From an uncultured Candidatus Bathyarchaeia archaeon (lineage in GTDB: Archaea; Thermoproteota; Bathyarchaeia; Bathyarchaeales; Bathyarchaeaceae), in NCBI GenBank assembly GCA_964399485.1, contig CAYNQS010000009.1, forward strand, positions 5,865 to 69,864: a DNA stretch of 64,000 bases, given 5' to 3'. Below, one piece after another: positions 19,014-27,978 of the stretch. The notes under the pieces are model-generated. The model made no database searches, had not been told where the DNA came from, and was given only the letters and a program-made list of their open reading frames with translations. How positions within the stretch are numbered: position 1 is the stretch's first letter; each line of letters opens with the position of its first letter. A program made the position numbers and the translations under genes.

Positions 19014-21188
19014 TTAGCCTGCGATTTTCTGTCGGATTGTGACTACCGCAAAGATTGCGGCTATTGCCGCGATCAAGGATAGGACTACTGCGATCCACAC
19101 TGGCATCATGTCAACGGTCACAGGGAGTGATTCTTCAACATCGCTTTGTACGGATGCAACGTCAGTTTTTATGGATGCAACGTCTACTTTCAGTGTGCCT
19201 AAGTCAGTTTGTATTGTTGCTACGCCGTCGCTTACGTCGGTTACTGTTCCGTTTATGGAAACAAGGGCGCTTTTGATGAATGCTGTGTCACCTGCCACAA
19301 CTCCTAAGACAGCATCCAAGCTGTCTGCGGTGCCTGCAATACCGCTAACGCCTGTTTTGATGGTTGTGATGTCAGCGTTTAGGCTTGAGACTGTAGTTTG
19401 GACAGTGCCGAGGCTTGTCTGGACGGTTGCCATATTGCCGTCTATGCTGGTTACTTTAGCATCCAAGGCTGAGACAGCTACGTCAATGTCTCCAACCGTG
19501 GTTTCGATGGTTGCGACTTCACCCTTCATTTCTGTTATGTTGGCGCCAAGTTCCAGCAAGAGATCAGTCAAATCAGTACTGCATGTGTCGATTGCGTCAA
19601 GAACAGTTTGCAGGGTTGGCTTAGCGTTAACAGAGAACAAGTTAGTGTCTACGATTGCACTGGTGCCAGAGTTGTAAGCAGTGAAGTTCCACACTCCAAC
19701 TGGTGCATCGTCAGGTATCATGTTATTAAAGTATGTATAAATCCGGATGAGGTAGTATGGTACCTGGTAGTTGTTAATTGAGATCATATACCAATCGTAA
19801 TCATAGATGTAGCCTGTAACGTGGAGGGCGCCGCTTGGGTCACAGATCTCCCAGTAGATGTCATATGTTGGAACTACATTGGTCCATGTGTATAGACTCA
19901 TTAAGTCGCCTTGGTAATATTGGGTTGCACGTGTTTCGACGGTAATTAGCGGTGTTGGGAGTATTGTGAAGAAGACGCCTGCTTGGCTGGTTGCGCCCCA
20001 TGAGTCTACAACTGAAACAGCGTATATTCCTGGTGTAAGAGACGGAACAACAAATTCCTCTGAGAAACTTCCGAAGAAGCTGCAGGGGCCAAATCTGGAG
20101 TCCATGCTAGTGCTGTTTACAACGGTTGTACCAAAGTATAGAGTGATGCTAGCCATCATAACGAAGTTTGCACCGCTGATGGTTACAACGTCTCCGGCTA
20201 CACCACTAGTTGCACCTAGCGTTATTGTCGGTGGCACGGTAACCGTGAAATTCACAGATCGGAAATTAGTGAGTGCCCACCATATGTCAATCGGATAAGT
20301 TCCTGGTGAGAGCACAGCAGGGATCGTGTAGAATTCCATATATGATCCGTCAGAACCTGTTGTGCCTGTAGATATTAGTGCGCCATTGAATCTAAGGTCG
20401 TATGCTACGCTTGCTGCAATTCTACCGTATATCATGATCTGAATACCTGTGGGTCCTGATCCAGGGAAACAAGTTATGTAATAGTTTATGGTGACCGGGG
20501 AGATAGCGCTGTTGCCGGCTTCGTCCGTAGCATTGAAATTATACACGTCAAAATTGGCCATAGGTATTGCGGGAACTGTTATCGTTCCTGAGAATGTACC
20601 CGTACTGTTTGTATGGAAGGTAGGAGCTACGATAACGTAGCTTGCAGGGGTACCAAGTGTTGTGCTGTTGAGGAACAGGGTAATGTCGTCGTTTGGGGCA
20701 AAACCCCTACCTGTGACGGTAAGGTCATCGCCGGGCAAAGCAAGGGTGGGACCGTAGAAAGCGGGAGGTATACTGGCGACTGATAGGGTTGCAGTCACAT
20801 TAAAGGCTGCACCTCCAGACTCAGTCTCACCGTCGTTGACTACAATCCAGTGTGTTCCAAAGGTTGCTTGAGGAATTGTTGCACGGATCCGGTAATAGCC
20901 ATTATTGTCTGCGTCTCCTGTAGCCAGCACAGTACCAGAAAGTGCGTCCCAGTATACAGTAACAGTAGCAAAGGGATCTGCAGCTCCACTGGTCGCATTT
21001 CCTACGACGTCAACCTGTGTACCTGGAGGTCCACTGGTTCGCGGGACAGTGCTGCCAGGGGGGGATGTTGCACAAAGGAAGGGGTTGCCAGTAATTTCTG
21101 CGCTTGCCATTGGAATTGCTGCCATCACTGCTGATATTGTTAGTACAGTTATGATCAGTGTTGTGTATAGTTTTTTACTTATTCGCAT
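19014..21188 (-). CDS. large secreted cell-surface (S-layer-like) protein with Ig-like repeats, heptad-like stalk and C-terminal TM anchor
   Basis: Signal peptide MRISKKLYTTLIITVLTISAVMAAIPMASA (ATG at 21188). Thr/Ser/Gly-rich beta-type domains. A roughly 160-aa repetitive T/V/D/I segment (e.g. ATIQTDLGTLKVDVASIKTDVASVQSDV). C-terminal hydrophobic helix plus RQK. Confidence 0.6.
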   Translation of the reverse strand: MRISKKLYTTLIITVLTISAVMAAIPMASAEITGNPFLCATSPPGSTVPRTSGPPGTQVDVVGNATSGAADPFATVTVYWDALSGTVLATGDADNNGYYRIRATIPQATFGTHWIVVNDGETESGGAAFNVTATLSVASIPPAFYGPTLALPGDDLTVTGRGFAPNDDITLFLNSTTLGTPASYVIVAPTFHTNSTGTFSGTITVPAIPMANFDVYNFNATDEAGNSAISPVTINYYITCFPGSGPTGIQIMIYGRIAASVAYDLRFNGALISTGTTGSDGSYMEFYTIPAVLSPGTYPIDIWWALTNFRSVNFTVTVPPTITLGATSGVAGDVVTISGANFVMMASITLYFGTTVVNSTSMDSRFGPCSFFGSFSEEFVVPSLTPGIYAVSVVDSWGATSQAGVFFTILPTPLITVETRATQYYQGDLMSLYTWTNVVPTYDIYWEICDPSGALHVTGYIYDYDWYMISINNYQVPYYLIRIYTYFNNMIPDDAPVGVWNFTAYNSGTSAIVDTNLFSVNAKPTLQTVLDAIDTCSTDLTDLLLELGANITEMKGEVATIETTVGDIDVAVSALDAKVTSIDGNMATVQTSLGTVQTTVSSLNADITTIKTGVSGIAGTADSLDAVLGVVAGDTAFIKSALVSINGTVTDVSDGVATIQTDLGTLKVDVASIKTDVASVQSDVEESLPVTVDMMPVWIAVVLSLIAAIAAIFAVVTIRQKIAG

Positions 21189-21558
21189 TTTTTCTATTTT
21201 CTCCTTTTTAATTAATGGGGGCGATGCTGACAAAATCAGCTTCTCGCCTTACCAACCTATTCCGCTTCGTTGAACCACTATTTATATTTAACGTGTGCAT
21301 TCTCTTAACGGAGTGACAAAATGTATACATTACTTGGAAAATTATACTATGTATGCATAGAACCAGTCTATTTATGATGATTTTTTGTTTAATTAAGCAC
21401 TTTTTTGGTGAAAGAAGCAGAATTTGAACCGAATCGTGTATCGCACGATACGGTAAACGCAAAGAAATGTTTGAACAAAACTAACCTACAGAACAAACCA
21501 GTAAATATCAATGTCAAATCATGCCCCAATAGACACGTTCATTTAAGTTGAGAAAGAG

Positions 21559-22131
21559 TTACTTCTTGAAATCCAAAACTATCATGCCTTTCAGGGTGTC
21601 GCTTTTAGCCGTTTGGTAACCTATGCTATTTATCGCGCCCTCTATGAACTTGGCAAGCAGCTCTGTCGCCTTTCCCGTAAGCAACGTTGAAATGCACCTG
21701 AATTTTATCGAATGCTGATTTTGTCTAACCTCAACCTCGTTTAAATCCCATCTTGTTGCCTCAAGGAACTTTTTGAAAGCTTGAATAGGGTCTTCAAATT
21801 TTTCGTTCAGGTATTTTCCGTGCCATTTTCCACTTTCGTACCATTTTTTCTCTAATTGTTCCACTTCAGTTTCGCAGGCTTTGTTGTTCAGATAGGTTAA
21901 AACGTCTGCTGGTACAAAGGCTCCGCCCAAGTTCCGCTGGGCTTGCATGATCTCCAAAAATTCTGCTGCCTGTTCAGGGGTATAACCTAATCTGTTTGCT
22001 GTTAGAGCCAGTCTCAGAACATCACTGATGAACAGGTTTAGCGACTCGCCTCGCTTCTTTGAAACCTTCTTGGCATTCTCAACAATGTAGTCAGGAACGT
22101 AAACGAGTTTTCTACCTTCACTCTTAGACAT
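21559..22131 (-). CDS. hypothetical protein, N-terminal ribbon-helix-helix-like; paralog of 22202-22792
   Basis: RKLVYVPDYIVENAKKVSKKRGESLNLFISDVLRLAL fits a strand-helix-helix pattern. The C-terminal roughly 130 aa aligns by eye with the neighbour (W..G.W, EPF/DPIQAFK, FIEGA..S/FGY). Confidence 0.5.
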   Translation of the reverse strand: MSKSEGRKLVYVPDYIVENAKKVSKKRGESLNLFISDVLRLALTANRLGYTPEQAAEFLEIMQAQRNLGGAFVPADVLTYLNNKACETEVEQLEKKWYESGKWHGKYLNEKFEDPIQAFKKFLEATRWDLNEVEVRQNQHSIKFRCISTLLTGKATELLAKFIEGAINSIGYQTAKSDTLKGMIVLDFKK

Positions 22132-22201
22132 GCCTTTACTTCCTAGCCCTGTTCAACCGTATTGTTTCTCAATTTATATTTCTATTTATTGGTACAGCCA
22201 T

Positions 22202-22792
22202 TTAATGTTGGTTTTTGACTGCTTCCAAGCGGATAATGCCTTTAGAGATCTCTTTGCCATCAATCTTGTAGCCGAAGGCTTCTAGAGCGCCCTCAATGAA
22301 GGATGTAAACAGGAATGTGTATGCTTCTGTGAACCTCGGGCTCATTATGCGAACTGAAACGGCGTCTGCTCTCTTATTTAATTCTAGTTCAGGAATATTC
22401 CAAGTGAAATTTTTCAAATCGTTTTTGAACGCTTCAAATGGTTCATTAGCCTCTCCGGTAACATACCGTTTGGCAAACCAGACACCAACGTCAAACCAGC
22501 TTTTGAGAGACTCCTTCTCCGATTTGGCGTATGCAAGCTCAGCCATTTCGTACCACAAGCGTTCTAAGCCGAGCATAAATCCGTTCTCTTTAGCCGATTT
22601 AAGCAATTCCCGTGAATCAACCAAAGTGTTGAGGTTTACTCCCAGCTCGTTAGCCCTCAAAGTCAACGCAAAAACTTGGTTCACAAAGCCGTATAGACTG
22701 AGATCGTTTTCCTTGGAAATCTTGTTCATTTCATTTAAGTAGTCTTCACGTGCCGCGAAGCTTTTTCGTCGAACTTTGCGCTTTTTTTCCAA
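22202..22792 (-). CDS. hypothetical protein, N-terminal ribbon-helix-helix-like; paralog of 21559-22131
   Basis: Same architecture and shared motifs as the neighbour (SLYGFVNQVFALTLRANELG, WFDVGVWFAKRY, FIEGALEAFGY). Confidence 0.5.
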   Translation of the reverse strand: MEKKRKVRRKSFAAREDYLNEMNKISKENDLSLYGFVNQVFALTLRANELGVNLNTLVDSRELLKSAKENGFMLGLERLWYEMAELAYAKSEKESLKSWFDVGVWFAKRYVTGEANEPFEAFKNDLKNFTWNIPELELNKRADAVSVRIMSPRFTEAYTFLFTSFIEGALEAFGYKIDGKEISKGIIRLEAVKNQH

Positions 22793-22955
22793 CTTTTCAC
22801 CATTCTATGTAATTAGTTATGTCACCTATAAATTGTTCCTGAAATAGAGTATGTTATATATTTGACAAAGTCACGTAATAAAATTGCCCTAATAACTCAC
22901 CTGCACTGAAATGCAAAAAACGCCGTTAACCTTCGATGTTCACTGCTTTTCGGTG

Positions 22956-25031
22956 TCAGAAAAGTTTCCGGTGCTTTTCCCAAAATTCTGCTATGTTTTC
23001 TCCGCATTCCATGGGATTCTTCACTATTCTCATCTCTTTCTGGTAGTAGCTTGGCAGAAGCTGCCTGATGTTTGGGCGAGTAATCCGTTCATCCAGCATC
23101 ACTATGCAGCCCTTGTCCTTGGCTGACCGATGGACGCGCCCGCAGGCTTGAACCAAACGGAATATGGCTGGCGTCAGATAAGCGTAATCTCTTCCCCTCC
23201 CCGGGAACTGAGAGTCAAAGTAGTTTATCAGCGCCTGCTGGTACATGCTCCATGTTGCATAGGGCAGCCCCACTGTTACTACGCAGGTTAGGAGATTGTT
23301 TGGGTAGTCCATTCCCTCGCTGAATTTTCCGCCCATAACCCCAAACAAGGCGTTGCTTTTTGAGCTGGTTAATTTCTGCATCACATCGCTTCGTCTGGTT
23401 TTGCGTTTCTCTACAATCATTCTTCGGTCAATGTCAGTGTGCGAAAGGATGTTATTCATCAGGTTGTAGCTGGTGAAAAAGACTGCCATGTTGCCTTTGT
23501 TGGTCAGTGATATGGCTTCGATGTATTCTGCCCATTTCTCCAGCATCTGGTCGGTTCTCTTCTCGAACCTCGATGAAACATCCCCCGCAGCCAAGATTAA
23601 TCTGTTTTCAGCTGGGAATGGAGAGTCGAATTCTCTGAAATGGACATCTTTTTGGCTGCGGAGAATCAGGTCCCTGTAGACTTTTGGGGGAGAAAGGAAA
23701 CCGCTCATAACAATGCTTCCTCGTGCCTGCCGCAGAACCGGATCCGTTATCTCCCTGCCATCTAGGCTTCTGACCTCCAGATAGATTCTGTCCCCCCAAT
23801 CCTTCTGGACCAAGTGAACATACTGTTTTCCCACCCTCTGAAAGAAGTTCTCCATGAAGTCGCCTACCCGATGGGCGTAACTGAAAATTCTGTCAGAACC
23901 CATCTCCTGACGCCTCTCTCTAACGTGTTCTCCATATTCGTGGAGGGTTTCCGCGGCTTTGTCGCTAGATGTTCCGCTCCGCTCAAGAAATCTGTCGGCG
24001 AGGTCTTGGGGGTCCAGCAGTTTAAGATTCGAGTTTCCTAACTTCTTCTGTACGTCTGGGAAAATGTTTTTGTCTAACACGTTTAGATAATCTTGAACGT
24101 CCCCCAAGGTTTTGTGTTCAAAGCTTTCGGTTTCCTTGAGGGCGTTCTCAACCGTGTTTGGCGCCATCCTGTCGGAGAGAAGCTCCCTGGCGAAGGTTGG
24201 TATGTTGTGGGCTTCATCCACTATAAGATAAACGTTGGAGAGGTCCGCTCCCCAGCTCTGCAGCAGTGCTTTTCTAACTGGCGGATTGAATGTGTAATTG
24301 TATGTTCCGAGAAAAATTTGTACTTTGCTGAGAACCCGTTTCAGCGCCTCGTATGCGCAGAAGCCGCTATTAGCCATCCTTTGGGTAGCCTCTTTGGGGT
24401 CAAGGATTTTTCGGGCGCAGTCCAGAGCCATTTGTTCGGCTTGTCTCCTCTTTTTTGTTATGTTCCAGTAGAATTTGCAGAAAGGTTTAGTGTTGGACTC
24501 GCAGTTTTTTTTGAGTCTTCTGCATTCCTCTAGAAAGTCGAAGTATGAGCCTCCGGTTTTCATCCGCAGCGGGCACATGTCCTGTTTGCTGAAGAATGAG
24601 ACAGTCAAGGGATTCTGCTCTAGTCCCTTCAGCTCTTTGAGGAAAATGTGCAGTTGGCTCCTGGTTCTGAAGCTGATCAGAAGCTTGTTTTCTCCTAGTC
24701 TAGGCAGAACGCTGAGGAGCGAGGCAAGAGACTTTCCTATGCCGCATGGGGCGCTGCCCAAGAAAACTTGGTGGTTCTCTAGGGCTTTGGTGGCTTCCTC
24801 GATAAATTTTAGCTGTCCCTTGCGTACTTCGTAGCCTCTGGGGAGCCACCGATTAGCTGAAGTCCTCTCTTTCGTCTCTGTTTTCACTGTTGCTGTGCGT
24901 CTGTAGGGACGACTGGAAACAACGATTCTGGCGCTCAGGTATGTTCCACAGTCACGACAGAAACGGCTCTGCTTAAACTCTTCAAGGGAATACCTTTTTC
25001 TGCATTTTCGGCAAACGTAGATTCGAGGCAA
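22956..25031 (-). CDS. XPD/Rad3 (DinG-family) SF2 helicase with N-terminal zinc ribbon
   Basis: Walker A variant GSAPCGIGKS and DEAH box LIVDEAHNIP. A four-Cys FeS-domain candidate lies between them (CPL...C..L..NC...FC). C-terminal motif ACGRVHRS. N-terminal CRKCRK...CRDCG. Confidence 0.75.
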   Translation of the reverse strand: MPRIYVCRKCRKRYSLEEFKQSRFCRDCGTYLSARIVVSSRPYRRTATVKTETKERTSANRWLPRGYEVRKGQLKFIEEATKALENHQVFLGSAPCGIGKSLASLLSVLPRLGENKLLISFRTRSQLHIFLKELKGLEQNPLTVSFFSKQDMCPLRMKTGGSYFDFLEECRRLKKNCESNTKPFCKFYWNITKKRRQAEQMALDCARKILDPKEATQRMANSGFCAYEALKRVLSKVQIFLGTYNYTFNPPVRKALLQSWGADLSNVYLIVDEAHNIPTFARELLSDRMAPNTVENALKETESFEHKTLGDVQDYLNVLDKNIFPDVQKKLGNSNLKLLDPQDLADRFLERSGTSSDKAAETLHEYGEHVRERRQEMGSDRIFSYAHRVGDFMENFFQRVGKQYVHLVQKDWGDRIYLEVRSLDGREITDPVLRQARGSIVMSGFLSPPKVYRDLILRSQKDVHFREFDSPFPAENRLILAAGDVSSRFEKRTDQMLEKWAEYIEAISLTNKGNMAVFFTSYNLMNNILSHTDIDRRMIVEKRKTRRSDVMQKLTSSKSNALFGVMGGKFSEGMDYPNNLLTCVVTVGLPYATWSMYQQALINYFDSQFPGRGRDYAYLTPAIFRLVQACGRVHRSAKDKGCIVMLDERITRPNIRQLLPSYYQKEMRIVKNPMECGENIAEFWEKHRKLF

Positions 25032-25171
25032 TTTTCTCCCCTATCGTACTCGACCGCATAGAAATATGCTTTGTTGACAGTTTCAGCTTTAAACGGTAAT
25101 CAGCACCGTAATCGATAAAAGAAGTGTGGACTCTGGTATTTGGTGTATCAGTTTCTTAGGGGTGTGATGGT

Positions 25172-25489
25172 TTGTCTTATTGTGTGAAGTGCGGCGCCAA
25201 GCTGAGTGAGGGTGACAAGTTCTGTTCCTCTTGCGGCGCCGCAGTTGCGAAGGTGAGCAGTGAGGAGTATTCTGTTTCCTCTGACAACCTTATTGAGCGG
25301 GTGAAGGAGCTGCTTCATGAAGGCAACGTCACCAGAATAATTGTGAAGAACGAGAAAGGCGAGGTTCTGCTGGAGATACCTGCCACAGTCGGGGTTATCG
25401 GAGTTGTTCTTGTTCCCTGGCTTGCAGCGTTAGGCGCAATAGCCGCGTTAGCCACAAACTGCAAAATAGTGGTCCAGAGAAGAGAATAA
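25172..25489 (+). CDS. zinc-ribbon + DUF4342-like small membrane-associated protein
   Basis: CVKCGAKL...CSSCGA zinc ribbon, then IIVKNEKGEVLLEIPATVGVIG with a hydrophobic tail. TTG start. Confidence 0.5.
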   Translation: MSYCVKCGAKLSEGDKFCSSCGAAVAKVSSEEYSVSSDNLIERVKELLHEGNVTRIIVKNEKGEVLLEIPATVGVIGVVLVPWLAALGAIAALATNCKIVVQRRE

Positions 25490-25513
25490 AACATCATCTT
25501 GCTTGGTTTTTCT

Positions 25514-25561
25514 GAAAAAACACTGTTTTCAACAATATACTTCTATTAGTCTCCTAATATG
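25514..25561 (+). repeat. 48-nt bipartite intergenic element, copy 2
   Basis: GAAAAAACACTGTTTTCAACAATATACTTCTATTAGTCTCCTAATATG, located between two convergent stops (25489 and 25572). Confidence 0.85.
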
Positions 25562-25571
25562 ATTGGCTGGT

Positions 25572-26954
25572 TCAGTTTTTTCTTGTTAGGTCTAGCAGTT
25601 CTTTGATTTGGTGTATTTCTATGAGGTTGCTTGCATGCTTTTTGTGGGTTCTGAATGCTGCTGTGAAGAGCACAGTGTCCTCGTTGTCCAGTAGATTCAT
25701 GTTGTGAAGTTTGTTGGCGACGGCTAGTATCCGATCGTCCTCTTGATGGTAATCGTAATGTACGGGAACTACGCCGTACACTAGCTCCAGTTGCTTCTTG
25801 GTCATCCTCTTTGATGTAACCGCGATTATCGGCTGCTTAATCCTGAATCTTGATATCATCTTCGCGGTGTAGCCTGACCTGGTTAAGGTAACCACCTTGT
25901 TTAGTGGCATGCTCTGGCATATCCGTTGGATGGACATGCTTACAGTGTCTGAGATGTTGATGAATCCCGTTTCTTCTACACTGCTTTTCGCCGCCTTTTC
26001 AGCCTCCAAGGCTATCCGAGCCATCATGGCAGTGGACTCCACCGGATACTCTCCAACCGCGGTTTCTCCAGAAAGCATGGTAGCGTCTGTTCCGTCCAGT
26101 ATCGCGTTTGCCACGTCGCTGACTTCGGCTCTGGTCGGCGTGGGCTGATGCATCATGGACTCCAGCATCTCCGTGGCGGTGACCACAGTTTTTCCGTTCT
26201 GATTGCACCTGCGAACCAGTGACTTCTGAACCAATGGAACTCTTTCAGGCTCTATCTCCACTCCCAAGTCACCCCGCGCAACCATGATGCCCTCTGACGC
26301 GTCTAGGATTTCGCCAAAGTTTCTGATTCCCTCAAAATTCTCGATCTTAGAAATCACCGCTCCCTCAAACCCGTCAGCCTCAGATCGTAGGTTAGCTACG
26401 TCCTTGGCGCTTCTTGTGAAGGAGAGAGCCAACATTTCAACCTCATACTCTTCTGCGAATTCGATAAGCTTTCTGTCCCTCGCTGAGAGGGTTGGAACCT
26501 TAAGCTGCTTGTTGGGAATGTTGACGCCTCTGCCGTTGGCTATCACCCCGCCGTTTTTCACCAGCAACCGAAGAGTCCCCTCCCCCTTTTCGGTGACCTC
26601 TGTTCTGATTCTGCCGTTATCTATGAAAACCAAGTCGCCAACGTTCATGTGGGCGATGAAATTGTGGCTAAAGCTGACTGGTTCTCCGTTGAAGCCAGCC
26701 TCCAGAACCTCTCCCGCCTCAACAACCTTTTCTTCATCGGTTCGAATCCTGATTTCTGGTCCCTTAAGGTCTACCATCACCGGAATATCAGCAACTTTTC
26801 GGACATTTTCCACGACAGTCCGGTACCTGTCAAAATCTCCATAGGCAGTGTTTATTCTGGCACAGTTCATTCCAGCCCGAATCATCTTCTCCAAAATTTC
26901 AGGCTGCAAGCTAGCTGGACCAATAGTGCACACGATTTTGGTTTTCTTCTCCAA
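25572..26954 (-). CDS. pyk: pyruvate kinase
   Basis: KIVCTIGPAS, MNCARIN, GDLGVEI and MLSGETA motifs. TTG start preceded by GGTGA. Confidence 0.9.
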   Translation of the reverse strand: MEKKTKIVCTIGPASLQPEILEKMIRAGMNCARINTAYGDFDRYRTVVENVRKVADIPVMVDLKGPEIRIRTDEEKVVEAGEVLEAGFNGEPVSFSHNFIAHMNVGDLVFIDNGRIRTEVTEKGEGTLRLLVKNGGVIANGRGVNIPNKQLKVPTLSARDRKLIEFAEEYEVEMLALSFTRSAKDVANLRSEADGFEGAVISKIENFEGIRNFGEILDASEGIMVARGDLGVEIEPERVPLVQKSLVRRCNQNGKTVVTATEMLESMMHQPTPTRAEVSDVANAILDGTDATMLSGETAVGEYPVESTAMMARIALEAEKAAKSSVEETGFINISDTVSMSIQRICQSMPLNKVVTLTRSGYTAKMISRFRIKQPIIAVTSKRMTKKQLELVYGVVPVHYDYHQEDDRILAVANKLHNMNLLDNEDTVLFTAAFRTHKKHASNLIEIHQIKELLDLTRKN

Positions 26955-26986
26955 CCAACAGTCACCATCATTAGATGAAGGTGCTT

Positions 26987-27754
26987 TCAGCGTTTAAGTC
27001 TTGAAACCAAAACAACCGCCACAATAGCCAAGAGAATAATTGCTATGCACACTTCTGCAGCCAAAACAATGTTCTGGAAGTCACTCTGCTTCGAGAGTAT
27101 CCCAACTAAAGCCCAAACAACAACCAAACTGAATGCCACATCCCTTCTTGTTGCAAGAATAACCAAAGTCAAAACCAAAGCCACACCAATTATCACCACA
27201 GCCCACGTAGCATCGGGGATGCCCCACCCGTCCCAGCCGACTGCCGTCAACGCCACAGACACGTTAGCTATGGTGGCAATGCTTATCCACCCCAAGTAAA
27301 CGCTGAAAGGCAAATGCACAAGCGCCCTCTCCTTAAGCGAGACAGCTGCCCTGCCAACATCCAGCCGCCGATAGATGAGAATCAAGCTTGCCAAAAGCGC
27401 CAGCATCAGAACCAGACTGTAAGTTATCAGGTCATAGTGCCACAGAAACAGCCAGCAAACATTACAGACACTGCTCAACCCAAACAGTATACCAACCTGA
27501 CCGAGAAACGGCTTGTCTCTGTTCTTGGGAAGAGCCTGATAGACAACGAAGAGCGCCAGAAGAGTGTAGATGACACCCCAGATGGAGAAAGTGAAGCCCG
27601 CTGGCGTAACCAAGGTTGGGTACATGTCAGAAACATCAGCGCTCGTCACACCGCCGAGCAGAGTTGTGCTTCCAGCCATCCCATTAACTGCAACAGTTAC
27701 TATGAAGGCGACAATGTTAACTGCCTGAAAGAAAACCCGACTATTAGATACCAT
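26987..27754 (-). CDS. multi-pass membrane protein, TspO/MBR-like (tentative)
   Basis: Trp-rich TM protein with PAGFTFSIWGVIY. The ATG at 27754 is used because the track's 62-aa N-terminal extension runs through tRNA-Leu. Confidence 0.4.
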   Translation of the reverse strand: MVSNSRVFFQAVNIVAFIVTVAVNGMAGSTTLLGGVTSADVSDMYPTLVTPAGFTFSIWGVIYTLLALFVVYQALPKNRDKPFLGQVGILFGLSSVCNVCWLFLWHYDLITYSLVLMLALLASLILIYRRLDVGRAAVSLKERALVHLPFSVYLGWISIATIANVSVALTAVGWDGWGIPDATWAVVIIGVALVLTLVILATRRDVAFSLVVVWALVGILSKQSDFQNIVLAAEVCIAIILLAIVAVVLVSRLKR

Positions 27755-27812
27755 AAATGTACCGTATACGCTGATTTTCCATATAAAAATTCGCACACCT
27801 GAGATGATGGTG

Positions 27813-27918
27813 TGGTGCGGCGGGCAGGAATCGAACCTGCGAACCCCTACGGGAGAGGATAGCTCATCAAACGCTGATCTTGAGTCCTCCGCGTTTGACC
27901 TGGCTTCGCTACCGCCGC
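27813..27918 (-). tRNA. tRNA-Leu(CAA) with 18-nt canonical (37/38) intron; CCA encoded
   Basis: GCGGCGG-TA-GCG..CGC-G-GAGGA-CTCAAG[ATCAGCGTTTGATGAGCT]A-TCCTC, long variable arm TCCCGTAGGGGTTC, GCAGG-TTCGATT-CCTGC-CCGCCGC-A-CCA. Intron at 27861-27878. BHB: CTCA pairs with TGAG, with 3-nt bulges AGA and CTA. Confidence 0.9.
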
Positions 27919-27978
27919 CCCATCGAAACAAAAGAAACATGCCCAGTTAATTTAAGCCTTACCTAAAACACACAAAAT

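Noticed and set aside
19039-19677. 212-aa + strand ORF antisense to the surface-protein gene (and similar ORFs at 20905-21273 and 19966-20298)
   Set aside because: The Ser/Thr/Ala/Val-rich translation mirrors the repeat composition of the sense gene. It has no start context, so it is an antisense shadow ORF.
27755-27940. 62-aa N-terminal extension of the TspO-like ORF
   Set aside because: The extension runs through tRNA-Leu(CAA) on the same strand. An internal ATG at 27754 begins directly before the first TM helix.
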